Positions 30,318 to 40,845 are shown, counted from the stretch's first letter. The stretch: 64,000 nucleotides of DNA from Promethearchaeota archaeon (GCA_048940445.1 JBHLON010000001.1:128001-192000); one strand, 5' to 3'. The notes: a model not told the origin generated them from the letters alone. A program made the numbers and translations.

Positions 30318-32204
30318 ATGTCAAATGGTTTCTTTGGGAAGATCCTTTGGGTTGATTTAGATAATAGTTCCTTTAAAGAAGAAAAGCTCGAAGAAAATGC
30401 ATATAGACAATTCTTTGGAGGATACGGTTTAGCATGTAAATTAATATATGAACGACTTCCTCCAAAAATAGATCCTCTTTCTCCAGAGGCAATTCTGGGG
30501 TTTTTCCCCGGATTACTCACAGGTACTATAACGCCTTTAAGTGGTAGGTATATGACAGCTGCTAAATCTCCATTAACAGGAACTTGGGGAGATGCTAATT
30601 CAGGAGGATATTTTGGTCCAGAGATAAAAAAGTGCGGATATGATGGAATATTGTTAACAGGTGCTTTTGATACTCCAAAATATATCTCAATCATAAATGA
30701 ACAGAAAGAGATTTTAGATGCTAATGGTATTTGGGGGTTGGATACAGTGGAAACTGACATAAAGTTAAAAGAGAAATATGGGAATGTGCACGTTTCATGT
30801 ATTGGATTGGCTGGTGAGAAGCAATCTTTAATTTCTGGAATTGTCACTGATAAAGGAAGAATTGCTGCTAGATGTGGATTAGGAGCAGTTATGGGGGTAA
30901 AAATGTTGAAGGCTATCGTACTTAAGGGAAACAATAGAGTTCAAGTGGCAAATAAGGATGCTTTAACCTCTATAACTCAGAAATATAATGAAGGAATTAA
31001 TAATTCTGGAACAGGAACTATCACTGTTTATAAAACTTTGGGTACAAGTGGCTTAAATGATGTTAGTATTCAATCAGGCGATGCTCCCATAAAAAATTGG
31101 GGAGGTAACTTCAATGATAACTTCCAAATGGAAAAAACACGAAAAATAGGAGGTATAGAATTAAATAAGTATAAGATTAGAAAATACGGTTGCTTCTCAT
31201 GTGCAGTTCAATGCGGAGGAATTGTTAAGGTTCCTGAAATCAACCTTGAGGAAAGTCATATACCCGAATATGAAACTTGTGCTTCATTAGGAGCACTTTT
31301 ACTTAATGATGATAAATTATCACTATTTCAAATTAATGATTTATGTAATAGAGCGGGAATAGATACAATATCGATTGGGGGTACAATAGCCTTCGTAATT
31401 GAATGTTATGAAAATGGGATTATTGATAAAAGCCAAACCGATGGTTTAGAACTAAGCTGGGGAAATTCTAAAACAATCATTGAATTAGTTAAAAAAATTA
31501 TAAAAAGACAAGGAATTGGCAATATTTTAGCCGATGGTTGTTATAGAGCCTCAAAGCATTTCGGTAAGGACAGTGAAATATATGCGATACATTCAATGGG
31601 GCAAGAATTAGCTATGCATGATCCTAAATTTTTTAAATCTCTTGGTATGAGTTATGCTTTTGACCCAACACCTGGTAAACACACTAATCCAAGTATTGAT
31701 ATAATGGCTATAGGACCATTGATTAAGCCAAATGGATTGATTAATGGTCTAAGTCTACCAAAAAGATGGAAACGCGTTGGTAGTGAAGATAGAGCTACTG
31801 CTCAAAAAATAGTCGTTGGATTAAAACAAGCTACAAATGCTTTAGGATTGTGTGAATTTCTAAATCTTTACCAAGAATATCCATTAACGGAAGTAATAAG
31901 TTCAGTAGTTGGCTGGGATCTTTCTATTGAGGAAATCTTCGAAGTTGGATACCGTATTCACACTTTGCGTCAAGCATTTACAATTCGAGAGGGTATAATT
32001 ATGGTAAACAACTCACTTCCAGGAAGAGCAGTTGGTGATCCTCCTTTCGAAAGTGGACCTCATAAAGGAAAAATAGTTGATTATAAAGAGGATTATCAAA
32101 ACTTTTGTGAAGCAATAGGATGGAATCCCGAGAATGGGTATCCTTTAAAAGAAACTCTAAAAGATCTAAATCTAGATTTTGTTACAAAAGATCTTTATCC
32201 ATAA
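30318..32204 (+). CDS. aor: Tungsten-dependent aldehyde:ferredoxin oxidoreductase family
   Basis: KSPLTG..GDANSGG, R.G.GAVMG.K.LKA, CFSCAVQC, EYET and DLCN..G.DTIS. Confidence 0.93.
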   Translation: MSNGFFGKILWVDLDNSSFKEEKLEENAYRQFFGGYGLACKLIYERLPPKIDPLSPEAILGFFPGLLTGTITPLSGRYMTAAKSPLTGTWGDANSGGYFGPEIKKCGYDGILLTGAFDTPKYISIINEQKEILDANGIWGLDTVETDIKLKEKYGNVHVSCIGLAGEKQSLISGIVTDKGRIAARCGLGAVMGVKMLKAIVLKGNNRVQVANKDALTSITQKYNEGINNSGTGTITVYKTLGTSGLNDVSIQSGDAPIKNWGGNFNDNFQMEKTRKIGGIELNKYKIRKYGCFSCAVQCGGIVKVPEINLEESHIPEYETCASLGALLLNDDKLSLFQINDLCNRAGIDTISIGGTIAFVIECYENGIIDKSQTDGLELSWGNSKTIIELVKKIIKRQGIGNILADGCYRASKHFGKDSEIYAIHSMGQELAMHDPKFFKSLGMSYAFDPTPGKHTNPSIDIMAIGPLIKPNGLINGLSLPKRWKRVGSEDRATAQKIVVGLKQATNALGLCEFLNLYQEYPLTEVISSVVGWDLSIEEIFEVGYRIHTLRQAFTIREGIIMVNNSLPGRAVGDPPFESGPHKGKIVDYKEDYQNFCEAIGWNPENGYPLKETLKDLNLDFVTKDLYP

Positions 32205-32289
32205 TGTATTTCATTATTTATATCAAGATTAAAATTCTAATTCAAAAGAGTGACAAAAGGTTAAAGATTTAGTAATTGAACCCAAAATA

Positions 32290-33147
32290 GTGAAAACACC
32301 AATCATATCTTGTTCAAGAAGAACAGATATTCCAGCATTTTTGATGGATTGGGTCATTCAAAAAATAAAAGTGGGATATGTTGACGTAAGAAATCCATTC
32401 AATAGAAATCAGATTTATCGAGTATCCTTAAAACCAGAGCATGTAAAATGTTGGGTTTGGTGGAGTAAAGATTTTAATAATTGGATTCAATCTTATAAGA
32501 AATATCCATCTCTTTTCAATTCCTATAAAGGACACTCTTTTCAATTTACAATCAATTCTCCTTCAGAATTAGAAGCTAATATTACTACTTCACTAGAAGA
32601 GAGATTCAATCAATTAGAGTCGCTGATAAAGAATTTTGGGATCTTGGCATTAAACTTTAGATTTGATCCAATAATATTTTATAAAAGAAAAGGTTCCAAT
32701 CTTATTAAAAATAATCTTGATAAATTTGAATATATTATTGAAAAGATTTCTTCCTTAGGACTTAGAGAAATGATTTTTTCATTCGCAACGATTTATTCTA
32801 AAGTAAAATATAGAATGATCTCGAGAGGATTTATTCCAATTGACCTTACCTATGAGGATAAAAAAAGAATTATAACACGTTTAATATGTTTCTGTCAAGA
32901 GTATAAGATTAAAATGAAAGCATGTTGTCAACCAGACTTACTTGAAATACCCGATCTCGAACAAGCACATTGTATTGATGCATATAAGATTGAAAAATTA
33001 GTTGGTGAGAATATTCCAAAAGTTAGAGACTCAGGGCAAAGAAAAAGTTGTGGATGTTATAAATCGAAAGATATTGGAGGTTATACAGGAATTTTTCGTT
33101 GTAAACATAACTGTCATTATTGTTATGCATCTCCAGCTAAGAGATGA
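32290..33147 (+). CDS. DUF1848 family (radical-SAM-like) protein
   Basis: IISCSRRTDIPAF, NPFN, RFDP, and QR..CGC..S.DIG...C.HNC.YCYA. Confidence 0.88.
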   Translation: MKTPIISCSRRTDIPAFLMDWVIQKIKVGYVDVRNPFNRNQIYRVSLKPEHVKCWVWWSKDFNNWIQSYKKYPSLFNSYKGHSFQFTINSPSELEANITTSLEERFNQLESLIKNFGILALNFRFDPIIFYKRKGSNLIKNNLDKFEYIIEKISSLGLREMIFSFATIYSKVKYRMISRGFIPIDLTYEDKKRIITRLICFCQEYKIKMKACCQPDLLEIPDLEQAHCIDAYKIEKLVGENIPKVRDSGQRKSCGCYKSKDIGGYTGIFRCKHNCHYCYASPAKR

Positions 33148-33612
33148 TTACCTATTTTCCAATGATGAATTAAAATCAAAAAGATACTTATACAATTCAT
33201 GGAAAGGTGGAACTACGCCTAATTCTTCAAAAATATCATAAAAGCAAAAAGCACCCCATTGATCATACACTTTTCCTTCTGAATTAATATAGAGAATTGT
33301 AGCTCCTTCGAACTGAACTTTTTTATTTGTAGGCTTAAACCCCCATCCCGATCCCTTATGAGTGGCTTGAGCTTGATATCGAATCCAAACTTTATTTTCT
33401 TCACTAACCATTTCTAAGATTTCATACTTTAAATCTGGAAAAATCGACCTAAAATGCTTTATTTCATGCTGTACTTGAGACGGCCCTACTTTATCTATGT
33501 GAATCCAACTAGGATTATATTCTGAGTCCACAATTTCATTAGCTAGATGAACATCAGGTTTACTCCACATAATTTCAAACCACTTTCTGCCAATTTCTTC
33601 TAAATTATTCAA
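33148..33612 (-). CDS. SnoaL-like ester cyclase (NTF2 fold)
   Basis: FPDL, KVW.RY, THKG..WG..PT.K pattern. Confidence 0.82.
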   Translation of the reverse strand: MNNLEEIGRKWFEIMWSKPDVHLANEIVDSEYNPSWIHIDKVGPSQVQHEIKHFRSIFPDLKYEILEMVSEENKVWIRYQAQATHKGSGWGFKPTNKKVQFEGATILYINSEGKVYDQWGAFCFYDIFEELGVVPPFHELYKYLFDFNSSLENR

Positions 33613-33689
33613 TTTTACTCATCTTTTTTGTTTTGAATTAATTTATTATAATGTGCTTTAATTTTTAAGATCAATCAATAGGCTTTTTA

Positions 33690-33955
33690 ATGGAACATAT
33701 TTGGAATAATTGGGAAGTTGGTACAAAGATCGAGAGTTCTGGTCCAGAAGGTCATTTTTATTACAAACCGCTTCAAGATTCAAAATATATTATGGAATTG
33801 TAGATAGTTCAGGTATCACTCCATTTCGTTCCATGGTTAAAAAGATTTCATAAGGATGCACCAACGCAAATTTAACGATACTTTATGGCAATAATGAAGG
33901 GGTTGATATTATTTTCTATAAAGCGATGGAAGACGAGCTGCTGATAAGCTATTAG
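33690..33955 (+). pseudogene. Degraded FNR-family (ferredoxin-NAD(P) reductase-like) FAD/NAD-binding fragment
   Basis: Manual translation gives EVGTKIESSGPEGHF, then a frameshift, then GIVDSSGITPFRSMVK*, then NLTILYGNN..DIIF: typical FNR motifs broken by stops. Confidence 0.75.
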
Positions 33956-34016
33956 GTTTTATACATCCATGTCCATTGTATTTTATAAGTGATATTGAAT
34001 TCGAAGTTCCCAGAAA

Positions 34017-34916
34017 TTAAAAATCTCTAAATTCAAATTCCAAAAATATTTCTTTAATTCTTTTCTTCTGATCTTTTCTTAACCAATCACTATGATTATA
34101 CAATGGTTTCATTCCTAATTTATTATATTTAGAAAGATATAAAGGATTATACGGAATTAGTCCAATCTTTTTGATATTTAAGGATTTAAGATAATTTTTC
34201 CAATCAAATAAATTTTTTTCTGTAGATGTAATGCTTGGAATTAAGGGAATTCTTGGTAAAACGTCTAATTCCTCTTTATCCAATAGATATTCAAAATTAT
34301 TCAATATCTTTTCATTTTTTATTTTACAATATCGAATGTGTGATTTCTGATTAAAGAGCTTTAGATCAAAGTAGATTAGATCAACATAGGGTAAAATTAA
34401 GTCATCAAATTTAGCGTTATCAAAATAACCGCATGTTTCAATACAAGTATGAATATTATTCTCCTTTAATTTCTTTAAAAGTTTGTGTAAATAATCCATA
34501 TGATAGAGTGGTTCTCCTCCAGAAAATGTTACACCCCCACCAGAATTATCATAAAATATTTTATCTCTTAAAATTATTTCGAGTAAATTCTCAATACTGT
34601 ACTCCTTTCCTACATAACTTATAGCTTTACTTGGACATTTTTCTATGCATTTACCACATAAATTGCATAATGCTCTATCTATTCGATATTTATAGGAAAA
34701 AGATATAGCACTTCGATCACATACTTCTATACATTGTTTACATTCAATACAATCAGTACCATCAAATGAAATTTCTTGAAAAGGACTTTTAGCCTCTGGA
34801 TTTTGACACCATACGCAAGCCAATGGACATCCTTTAAAGAAAATCAATGTTCTTATGCCAGGGCCATCATCTAAGGCATTTCTCTTAATGTCTACAATTA
34901 AAGTTTTCTGGGTCAT
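34017..34916 (-). CDS. Glycyl-radical enzyme activating protein with ferredoxin insert
   Basis: DGPGIRT..F.KGCPL.C.WCQNPE, two CxxCxxCxxxC motifs, GGGVT.SGGEP. Confidence 0.93.
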   Translation of the reverse strand: MTQKTLIVDIKRNALDDGPGIRTLIFFKGCPLACVWCQNPEAKSPFQEISFDGTDCIECKQCIEVCDRSAISFSYKYRIDRALCNLCGKCIEKCPSKAISYVGKEYSIENLLEIILRDKIFYDNSGGGVTFSGGEPLYHMDYLHKLLKKLKENNIHTCIETCGYFDNAKFDDLILPYVDLIYFDLKLFNQKSHIRYCKIKNEKILNNFEYLLDKEELDVLPRIPLIPSITSTEKNLFDWKNYLKSLNIKKIGLIPYNPLYLSKYNKLGMKPLYNHSDWLRKDQKKRIKEIFLEFEFRDF

Positions 34917-34981
34917 TCTAATTAAAGATTAGGTATTTAAGATTAAAAATAAAATATAATAGCTATTTATTTTACTACTCA

Positions 34982-37945
34982 TCACGACATATATTCGTGG
35001 CGCTCAATTAGTTCCAATTGCATATTTTTATTTAATTTTACGAAATAAGCATTATAACCTGAAACCCTAACCAAGAGCCATCGGTAATCTTCAGGAGATT
35101 CCATCGCATTCCTTAGAGTATCTGAGCTTATAACATTAAACTGCCATTGCATTCCATTTAAATCGAAAAAGCTTTGAACATAACTCATGAATAGGTCTAA
35201 TGTCTCTTTGTGTGAATCTCCTGGATGTGGTATTAACTTTACGTTATAAGAAGCATTGTTTGGCATTTTTAAATAGTTTAAACTTGCAACACTTTGAATG
35301 CTGGGAAGCAAAATATCTGTTGTTCCTGGAGCTGGAGTTAATCCAGGTGTCAGAGATTTCCCTTTTTTTCGACCCGATGGTAAGGCTCCTGTTAGCATTC
35401 CAAATCCCGCATGATAACTTATTGACCAGTAACCTACTAAATATTTGCCTCCTCTGTAATTATTAATAGCATGGTATGTGTCATAACAAAAATTAATCAA
35501 ATCTTGAGCAAGCTCCACAGCACCATTTTGTCCAGATCCAAATTTTGGGACTTTTTCTATACTTTTAAGAATTGAGCTGTGTCCATTTTCAAAATTATGT
35601 TCAATTGCATCCATTAAAGTAACAAAATCTAATTCCTTTCTTTTATAAATTAAATCTCTTATTACAACTAAACTATCAATTACATCTGTAAGAGCAACCA
35701 GGGCAACTCCAGAAGTATTATAAACAGCACCACCTTGTACTAGATCTTTGCCTTTATCGAGTGGACCATTAAAAAACCCTGATAATAACGGAGTGGGATG
35801 GATATATTGATGTGACGTTCCTAAAAAGTTATTTATTTCAATAGATTGTTCTGCTAAATACTTTAATTGCGTTTTGTAAGCATCATAAAAGTCTTCAAAA
35901 CTTTTAAAATCATCTCGGGGATTTCCTGTAGAGGGCCCTACTTTTTCTCCAGTTAGAGGGATGATACCATCATTTAATACCATTTCTAAAGGAGCTACCA
36001 AATTTAAGAGCATACAATTCGTATGTCCATAATGCTTTCCTACGATTGTTGGTTCAACACATCCAGTAGCAGCCCAGTCTCTTGCGTCTTCTAAAATAAA
36101 TCCTTCATGAACTAATGCTTCAATCATGGTTTTATCATTATGAATACTTGGTGAAGCTCCCATATTAATATTAACTTCACACAAACGTCGTAGATACTCC
36201 TTAGAATTGATACCTGGATAATATCTTGCATTCATATTTGGATCTTGAAATCCTAGCACTTCATTAGTTTTCAAAATAATAAAAGTCATATCATTCACAG
36301 CATTATTACCATTTCTATCAACTCCACCAACAGTTACAGTATCGTCGGAAGAACTCCCACCAAATAATTTCCAACCAACATTTGGCATGAGAGGATCGTG
36401 ATCATTAATTCTTATGAATAAAGATCCTATTAATTCGATGGTTCTTTTTATGATTTTATCTTTTTCGGCTTCAGTTTTAGCTTGATTCATTTCTTTCAAA
36501 AAGAATGGTTGTAACATCTGATCAAGCCTGCCAATTGACAAAGCCGAATTTGCATTTTCACAGTGAAGACATACAAAACTAGTCCAAATTGATTGGATTG
36601 CTTCTTGTAAAGTTTCTGCAGGTTTAGCAGGTACTTTCGCACATACTCTAGAAATTTCTTTTAACTCTTCAATCCTTTCTGCTTGTTTAGGATTAGTAGG
36701 GTCTAAATTATTCATAATATTTAATGCTTCTTCGCTTAAATGTTTTGAATAAGTTAATACTCCATCAATTGCGATTTGTACTGCTTGATAAAAGTTTTGT
36801 TTCTCGTTATTTTCTGCTTTTTTTTCCATTTCATTGGCTTTATTTTTTACCTTCTCCAAACCATCATTAATTATCATTGGGAATCCTGGAACTGTGTGAC
36901 TAATAGCATTATTTTTCATCATAAAATAAAACACCCACCCTTCTTCTAATTGTTGTGAAACAGGATTATTATATTTCGCTCGATTATATTCTCTTACATT
37001 TCTTTCCATCCAATAAGGGAAAACTTCTAAACTTAAAATATCCGCATCTTTTTCTGATATATCGTTTGGATTAAGCTCACGTTGCCCTATTGTTTTTAAC
37101 TCTGGCCAAATGGCAGTACCAATAAGTTCCGGGTAAATGGGAATTCCCACTTCTTTTGAAGTAGTAGATCCAGCTATAAGATGTTTTTGATGAATTATTG
37201 GTATTTTATTGGTCATTATATGATTAACAGCTCTAGCTTGACGTAATTCAGGATCTATAGGAATTCCTGAATTATCTATTTCAAATCCATTCTCTCTATG
37301 ATATTCAGTAAGGAGTTTAGCTCGCTCAACGCAGATTGCGGGTTTTAATGCGAATCGTCTATTTTTCAAATATTTTAAACGTGGGAAATCATCTATAGAG
37401 TATTTTGATAAGTAAGGATCATCTAGGTAATGAACGTTATCTATTTTATAATTTAGAGATTCGTTTTTAATTGTTCTGCTCTTTTTTCCCTTATCAATAT
37501 CTTCAATTGGATACATTAATTGGTTTTCAGGACCTTTATAATCTTTTATTTTAGCTCCCATTACTAAAGAAATGAGGTAAGAGAATTTAGTGAGATACGA
37601 CATATTTCCAATATATCCCATCTCATTAGTTAATAAGTAATCAAGTGATTCTTCAGCACTTTTATCATAAAGGTTAGCTAAAGTTTCCTTGTTCTTATAA
37701 TAAATAGTAATGTTAGGATTTTCAATTTTTCCCTCATGGACTGTCATTTTCCCATCTTTAAAAATTACATATACACTAACTTTTTCGTCTTTTGTAATGA
37801 ATTGGTATTTTGCATTAAAAACAAATCCTGTCTTTTCATTATAGATTTCTCGACGCATCTTTCTTCTAGTATCAAATATCATAGCAAGGAGATTTAATTG
37901 TTCTTTAAAATTCTCAACCTTTTGATCAATTTCTAATTCATTCAT
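34982..37945 (-). CDS. Glycyl radical enzyme (PFL2/eliminase class) with N-terminal SCP2-like domain
   Basis: Cys loop ATGCVEP, Gly loop RVSGY, GRLDQ; about 130-aa N-terminal extension resembling SCP2 (YQF...YVIFKDGKMTVHEG...NITI). Confidence 0.9.
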   Translation of the reverse strand: MNELEIDQKVENFKEQLNLLAMIFDTRRKMRREIYNEKTGFVFNAKYQFITKDEKVSVYVIFKDGKMTVHEGKIENPNITIYYKNKETLANLYDKSAEESLDYLLTNEMGYIGNMSYLTKFSYLISLVMGAKIKDYKGPENQLMYPIEDIDKGKKSRTIKNESLNYKIDNVHYLDDPYLSKYSIDDFPRLKYLKNRRFALKPAICVERAKLLTEYHRENGFEIDNSGIPIDPELRQARAVNHIMTNKIPIIHQKHLIAGSTTSKEVGIPIYPELIGTAIWPELKTIGQRELNPNDISEKDADILSLEVFPYWMERNVREYNRAKYNNPVSQQLEEGWVFYFMMKNNAISHTVPGFPMIINDGLEKVKNKANEMEKKAENNEKQNFYQAVQIAIDGVLTYSKHLSEEALNIMNNLDPTNPKQAERIEELKEISRVCAKVPAKPAETLQEAIQSIWTSFVCLHCENANSALSIGRLDQMLQPFFLKEMNQAKTEAEKDKIIKRTIELIGSLFIRINDHDPLMPNVGWKLFGGSSSDDTVTVGGVDRNGNNAVNDMTFIILKTNEVLGFQDPNMNARYYPGINSKEYLRRLCEVNINMGASPSIHNDKTMIEALVHEGFILEDARDWAATGCVEPTIVGKHYGHTNCMLLNLVAPLEMVLNDGIIPLTGEKVGPSTGNPRDDFKSFEDFYDAYKTQLKYLAEQSIEINNFLGTSHQYIHPTPLLSGFFNGPLDKGKDLVQGGAVYNTSGVALVALTDVIDSLVVIRDLIYKRKELDFVTLMDAIEHNFENGHSSILKSIEKVPKFGSGQNGAVELAQDLINFCYDTYHAINNYRGGKYLVGYWSISYHAGFGMLTGALPSGRKKGKSLTPGLTPAPGTTDILLPSIQSVASLNYLKMPNNASYNVKLIPHPGDSHKETLDLFMSYVQSFFDLNGMQWQFNVISSDTLRNAMESPEDYRWLLVRVSGYNAYFVKLNKNMQLELIERHEYMS

Positions 37946-38074
37946 TTTAACATTCTAATGTTATTTTAATTCACTGAAAAATTGATTAATTATTTCTATA
38001 TTTAATAATTTTTAAAGATTTAATTGATTTAGTTTTCATATTAGTTAAGGGATATTTAAATAAAGAGAAGATTA

Positions 38075-38142
38075 ATGCCCAAATTATACACAAAACATAC
38101 GATATTGTTGTTATTGGAGAGAGTCACAGCAGATTGAGATAA
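38075..38142 (+). pseudogene. Possible remnant of the N-terminus of an FAD-dependent oxidoreductase
   Basis: ATG CCC followed, in a shifted frame, by TYDIVVIGESHSRL*, resembling a decayed YD(I/V)VVIGxGxxGL dinucleotide-binding motif. Confidence 0.35.
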
Positions 38143-38250
38143 ATATGAGTCCAAGATCAACTAAGGCTTTTTTATACTTAACATAAACTTTATTTAAAAT
38201 CCTTAATTCAAAATTTTTAATCTTCTGCTATAGAGAAACTCATTTTAAGA

Positions 38251-39693
38251 ATGGATATTAAAATTAAATTCGGAATTAGTGCCTTCTTAATAATTTTACT
38301 CCAATCTAGTTTGAAAATATTAGGAGTGATTGTTACTGGAAGTTTAAGTTTTTTATCTGAAACAGTTGATACTTTATCAGATATTGTATTTGCTTTTTTG
38401 ACGATTTATTCCATTTATCTTAGTCAACGTCCACCCGACTATGAACATATGTATGGACATTCTAAAATGGATTCAATTGGAGCGATGATCCAAGGTGCAT
38501 TTCTAATAACAACATATATCTTCTTAATAATTAATGCAATAGAAGCTATAATTAACCAAGCTTTTATTGTCAACAATGCCGATTTTGGATTCCAGATTCT
38601 AATTATTTCCTTTTTAATCAACATATTCTATTCCAGAATCTTAATCTGGCAAGGAAAAAAAAGAAGAAGCTTATCACTACAAATACAGGGACTAAATTTA
38701 TTTCAAGATTCTCTGAGGGCTATTATTGTTATTGTAAGTTTTATTTTGGTTTTATTTTTCAACATTACTTATTTAGATCCATTCTTTAGCATAGCAATTT
38801 CAATATGGATAATTTTGACTGCTATTAAGCTCTTGAGAAAAGGGGTGGCAGATCTTGCTGATGTTAATCCTGTTAGTTCTCACATTATAGAAGAATTAAG
38901 AGAAAAGATATTTAAATTAGAACATGTTAATGCTGTTGAAGATTTGAAAGTTCGTGCGAGTGGAGATAAACTTTTTATTGATGTTTGGCTTTCTGTTGAA
39001 GATCATATTTCAATAATTCATGCTAATGAAATTACTAAGGCAATAAGTTCAATGTGTAAGTCATATTTTCCACCATATTCAGTTGAAACCATAGTAGAAA
39101 TGAATCCTCTTGGGGGAGAAGTTTCTATAGGTGAGAAGATCATTAATTTACTCCATTCAATGACAAGTGAATTTCATGACATTCTCGAATTCAAAGATTT
39201 AAATGTTTTCAGTATTGAAGATGAGTATTTTCTTTCGATAACTATAGTGGTCGCCCAAGATTTGTCTCTTACAGCAGCTCATGAAATAAGTTATGATTTT
39301 GAAAAAGAGTTGAAAAGAGAAGAACCTCTTATTTCTCGTGTAATTACTCATATTGAATCAAGTATTTTAAGTGGAAGATTATCAACGAAGCAATTAGCAT
39401 GTAAAAGATTTAATCAAGAAGAATTAAAATTAATTCAGAAAAAAATTGAGATCATTCTAAAAACTGAACCTGAAGTCAAAGGCTATCATGGATTTGAATT
39501 GTGGTCAACCACAGATTTTTGTATACTTGAGTTACACATTTTTTTTGATGGAAGGTTAAACATCTCAAAAGTTCATGAAATTATTACAAAACTAGAGGAA
39601 AAAGTTTCTAAGTCTCTTAATATTGAAGATTTAAATGAAATAATCTTTCATTCAGAACCTCTTAAAGGCCGAAAAGATGGGATAATATTTTGA
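38251..39693 (+). CDS. Cation diffusion facilitator (FieF-like) with three C-terminal dimerisation domains
   Basis: PPDYEHMYGH; three repeats ending in H.I...(V/H)E(P) motifs. Confidence 0.88.
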   Translation: MDIKIKFGISAFLIILLQSSLKILGVIVTGSLSFLSETVDTLSDIVFAFLTIYSIYLSQRPPDYEHMYGHSKMDSIGAMIQGAFLITTYIFLIINAIEAIINQAFIVNNADFGFQILIISFLINIFYSRILIWQGKKRRSLSLQIQGLNLFQDSLRAIIVIVSFILVLFFNITYLDPFFSIAISIWIILTAIKLLRKGVADLADVNPVSSHIIEELREKIFKLEHVNAVEDLKVRASGDKLFIDVWLSVEDHISIIHANEITKAISSMCKSYFPPYSVETIVEMNPLGGEVSIGEKIINLLHSMTSEFHDILEFKDLNVFSIEDEYFLSITIVVAQDLSLTAAHEISYDFEKELKREEPLISRVITHIESSILSGRLSTKQLACKRFNQEELKLIQKKIEIILKTEPEVKGYHGFELWSTTDFCILELHIFFDGRLNISKVHEIITKLEEKVSKSLNIEDLNEIIFHSEPLKGRKDGIIF

Positions 39694-39696
39694 ATG

Positions 39697-40845
39697 TTAG
39701 AAATTAAACTCATACTTTTCTAATCCTAAATCATTCCTAATGTATCTTATATCCTCCTGAAGGCTTTTATTTAGTTGGATTCCAGCTTTTTTTATTTCAA
39801 TTTCAGTATTATATTCCTTTTCACCAGCAGTATATATCCTCTCGATTCCAGGCTCTTTTTTAGAGGTTCTTAAAGTTCTCATAATATTACCGGTTGTTTT
39901 TTTAAAAGATTTTGATCCCAAAAAGTTTTCTATGTTTATGGCTAAAAAGAAATGCCCCACGGGCAACCTTTTTTGGCCATTTTTATAAGTTCCAGCATTT
40001 TCTTTTAAGAAATTACCTTCTTGTAATGCTGATGAAAGAATTTCTACAAATGTCGCATACCCATATCCTTTATGGCCAGAAGTACTTTCTCCCTTTCCTC
40101 CCAAGGGTAATAAAGCTGCAGAAGCTTTATCTAAATCATGCAAAACCTCTTCTGGATTATCCTCAATTGTACCATTTTTAGTGATTATTAATCCAGAAGG
40201 AAGTGATTTATGCAACCTATTATAAACTTCAACTTTTCCTCTTTGTATAATTGAAGTAGCGCAGTCAATCAAAAAAGGAAATTCTTCATCAGTTGGAGCT
40301 CCCATGGTGAGAGGATTCGTACCTAATAGGGGTTCTACTCCAAAAGTAGGAGGGACCATTGGTCTTGTATTTGTAGTTGTAATTCCAATCATGCCCTCTT
40401 TTATAGCCATTAAGCTATAAAAACCAGCTATACCGAAGTGACTGGAGTTGCGTGTAGCAACAGCTCCCAATCCATACTTCTTAGCTTTTTTTATAGCTAG
40501 CTTCATAGATTTGTATGCAATCACAGGTCCTAATCCAAATCCCCCATCAATTACAGCTGTAGTTTTAGTATCTTTGATAACTTTTATTTTCGTTTTCGCA
40601 TTATAAATCCCTTGTTTAACCCTCTCATAGTAAGTCCTTAATCTTTGAATTCCATGAGAATCTATACCGCGCAGATCAGAGGCAATTAACACATCAGATA
40701 CTATTTTTGCATGTTGTTTGGGCGCACCTAACTTAATAAATACATCCTTGACGAACTGTTTCAATAATTTGTAATTCACATAAACTGAACCATTAAAATC
40801 TATCTTCGATTCAGGTTTAGAATTACTTCTTTCGGTCGTGTACAT
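39697..40845 (-). CDS. Ldh_2 family (type 2 malate/L-lactate/ureidoglycolate) dehydrogenase, paralog A
   Basis: DLRGIDSHG, NSSHFG, GTNPL, D.ATS and GHKGYG. Confidence 0.92.
   Translation of the reverse strand: MYTTERSNSKPESKIDFNGSVYVNYKLLKQFVKDVFIKLGAPKQHAKIVSDVLIASDLRGIDSHGIQRLRTYYERVKQGIYNAKTKIKVIKDTKTTAVIDGGFGLGPVIAYKSMKLAIKKAKKYGLGAVATRNSSHFGIAGFYSLMAIKEGMIGITTTNTRPMVPPTFGVEPLLGTNPLTMGAPTDEEFPFLIDCATSIIQRGKVEVYNRLHKSLPSGLIITKNGTIEDNPEEVLHDLDKASAALLPLGGKGESTSGHKGYGYATFVEILSSALQEGNFLKENAGTYKNGQKRLPVGHFFLAINIENFLGSKSFKKTTGNIMRTLRTSKKEPGIERIYTAGEKEYNTEIEIKKAGIQLNKSLQEDIRYIRNDLGLEKYEFNF

Noticed and set aside
30299-30934. 211-aa minus-strand ORF
   Set aside because: Antisense shadow of the AOR gene with no motifs.
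34982-37945. Canonical pyruvate formate-lyase or benzylsuccinate/alkylsuccinate synthase
   Set aside because: It has a single Cys in GCVEP rather than the PFL CC pair, and no small Bss/Ass subunits are adjacent.
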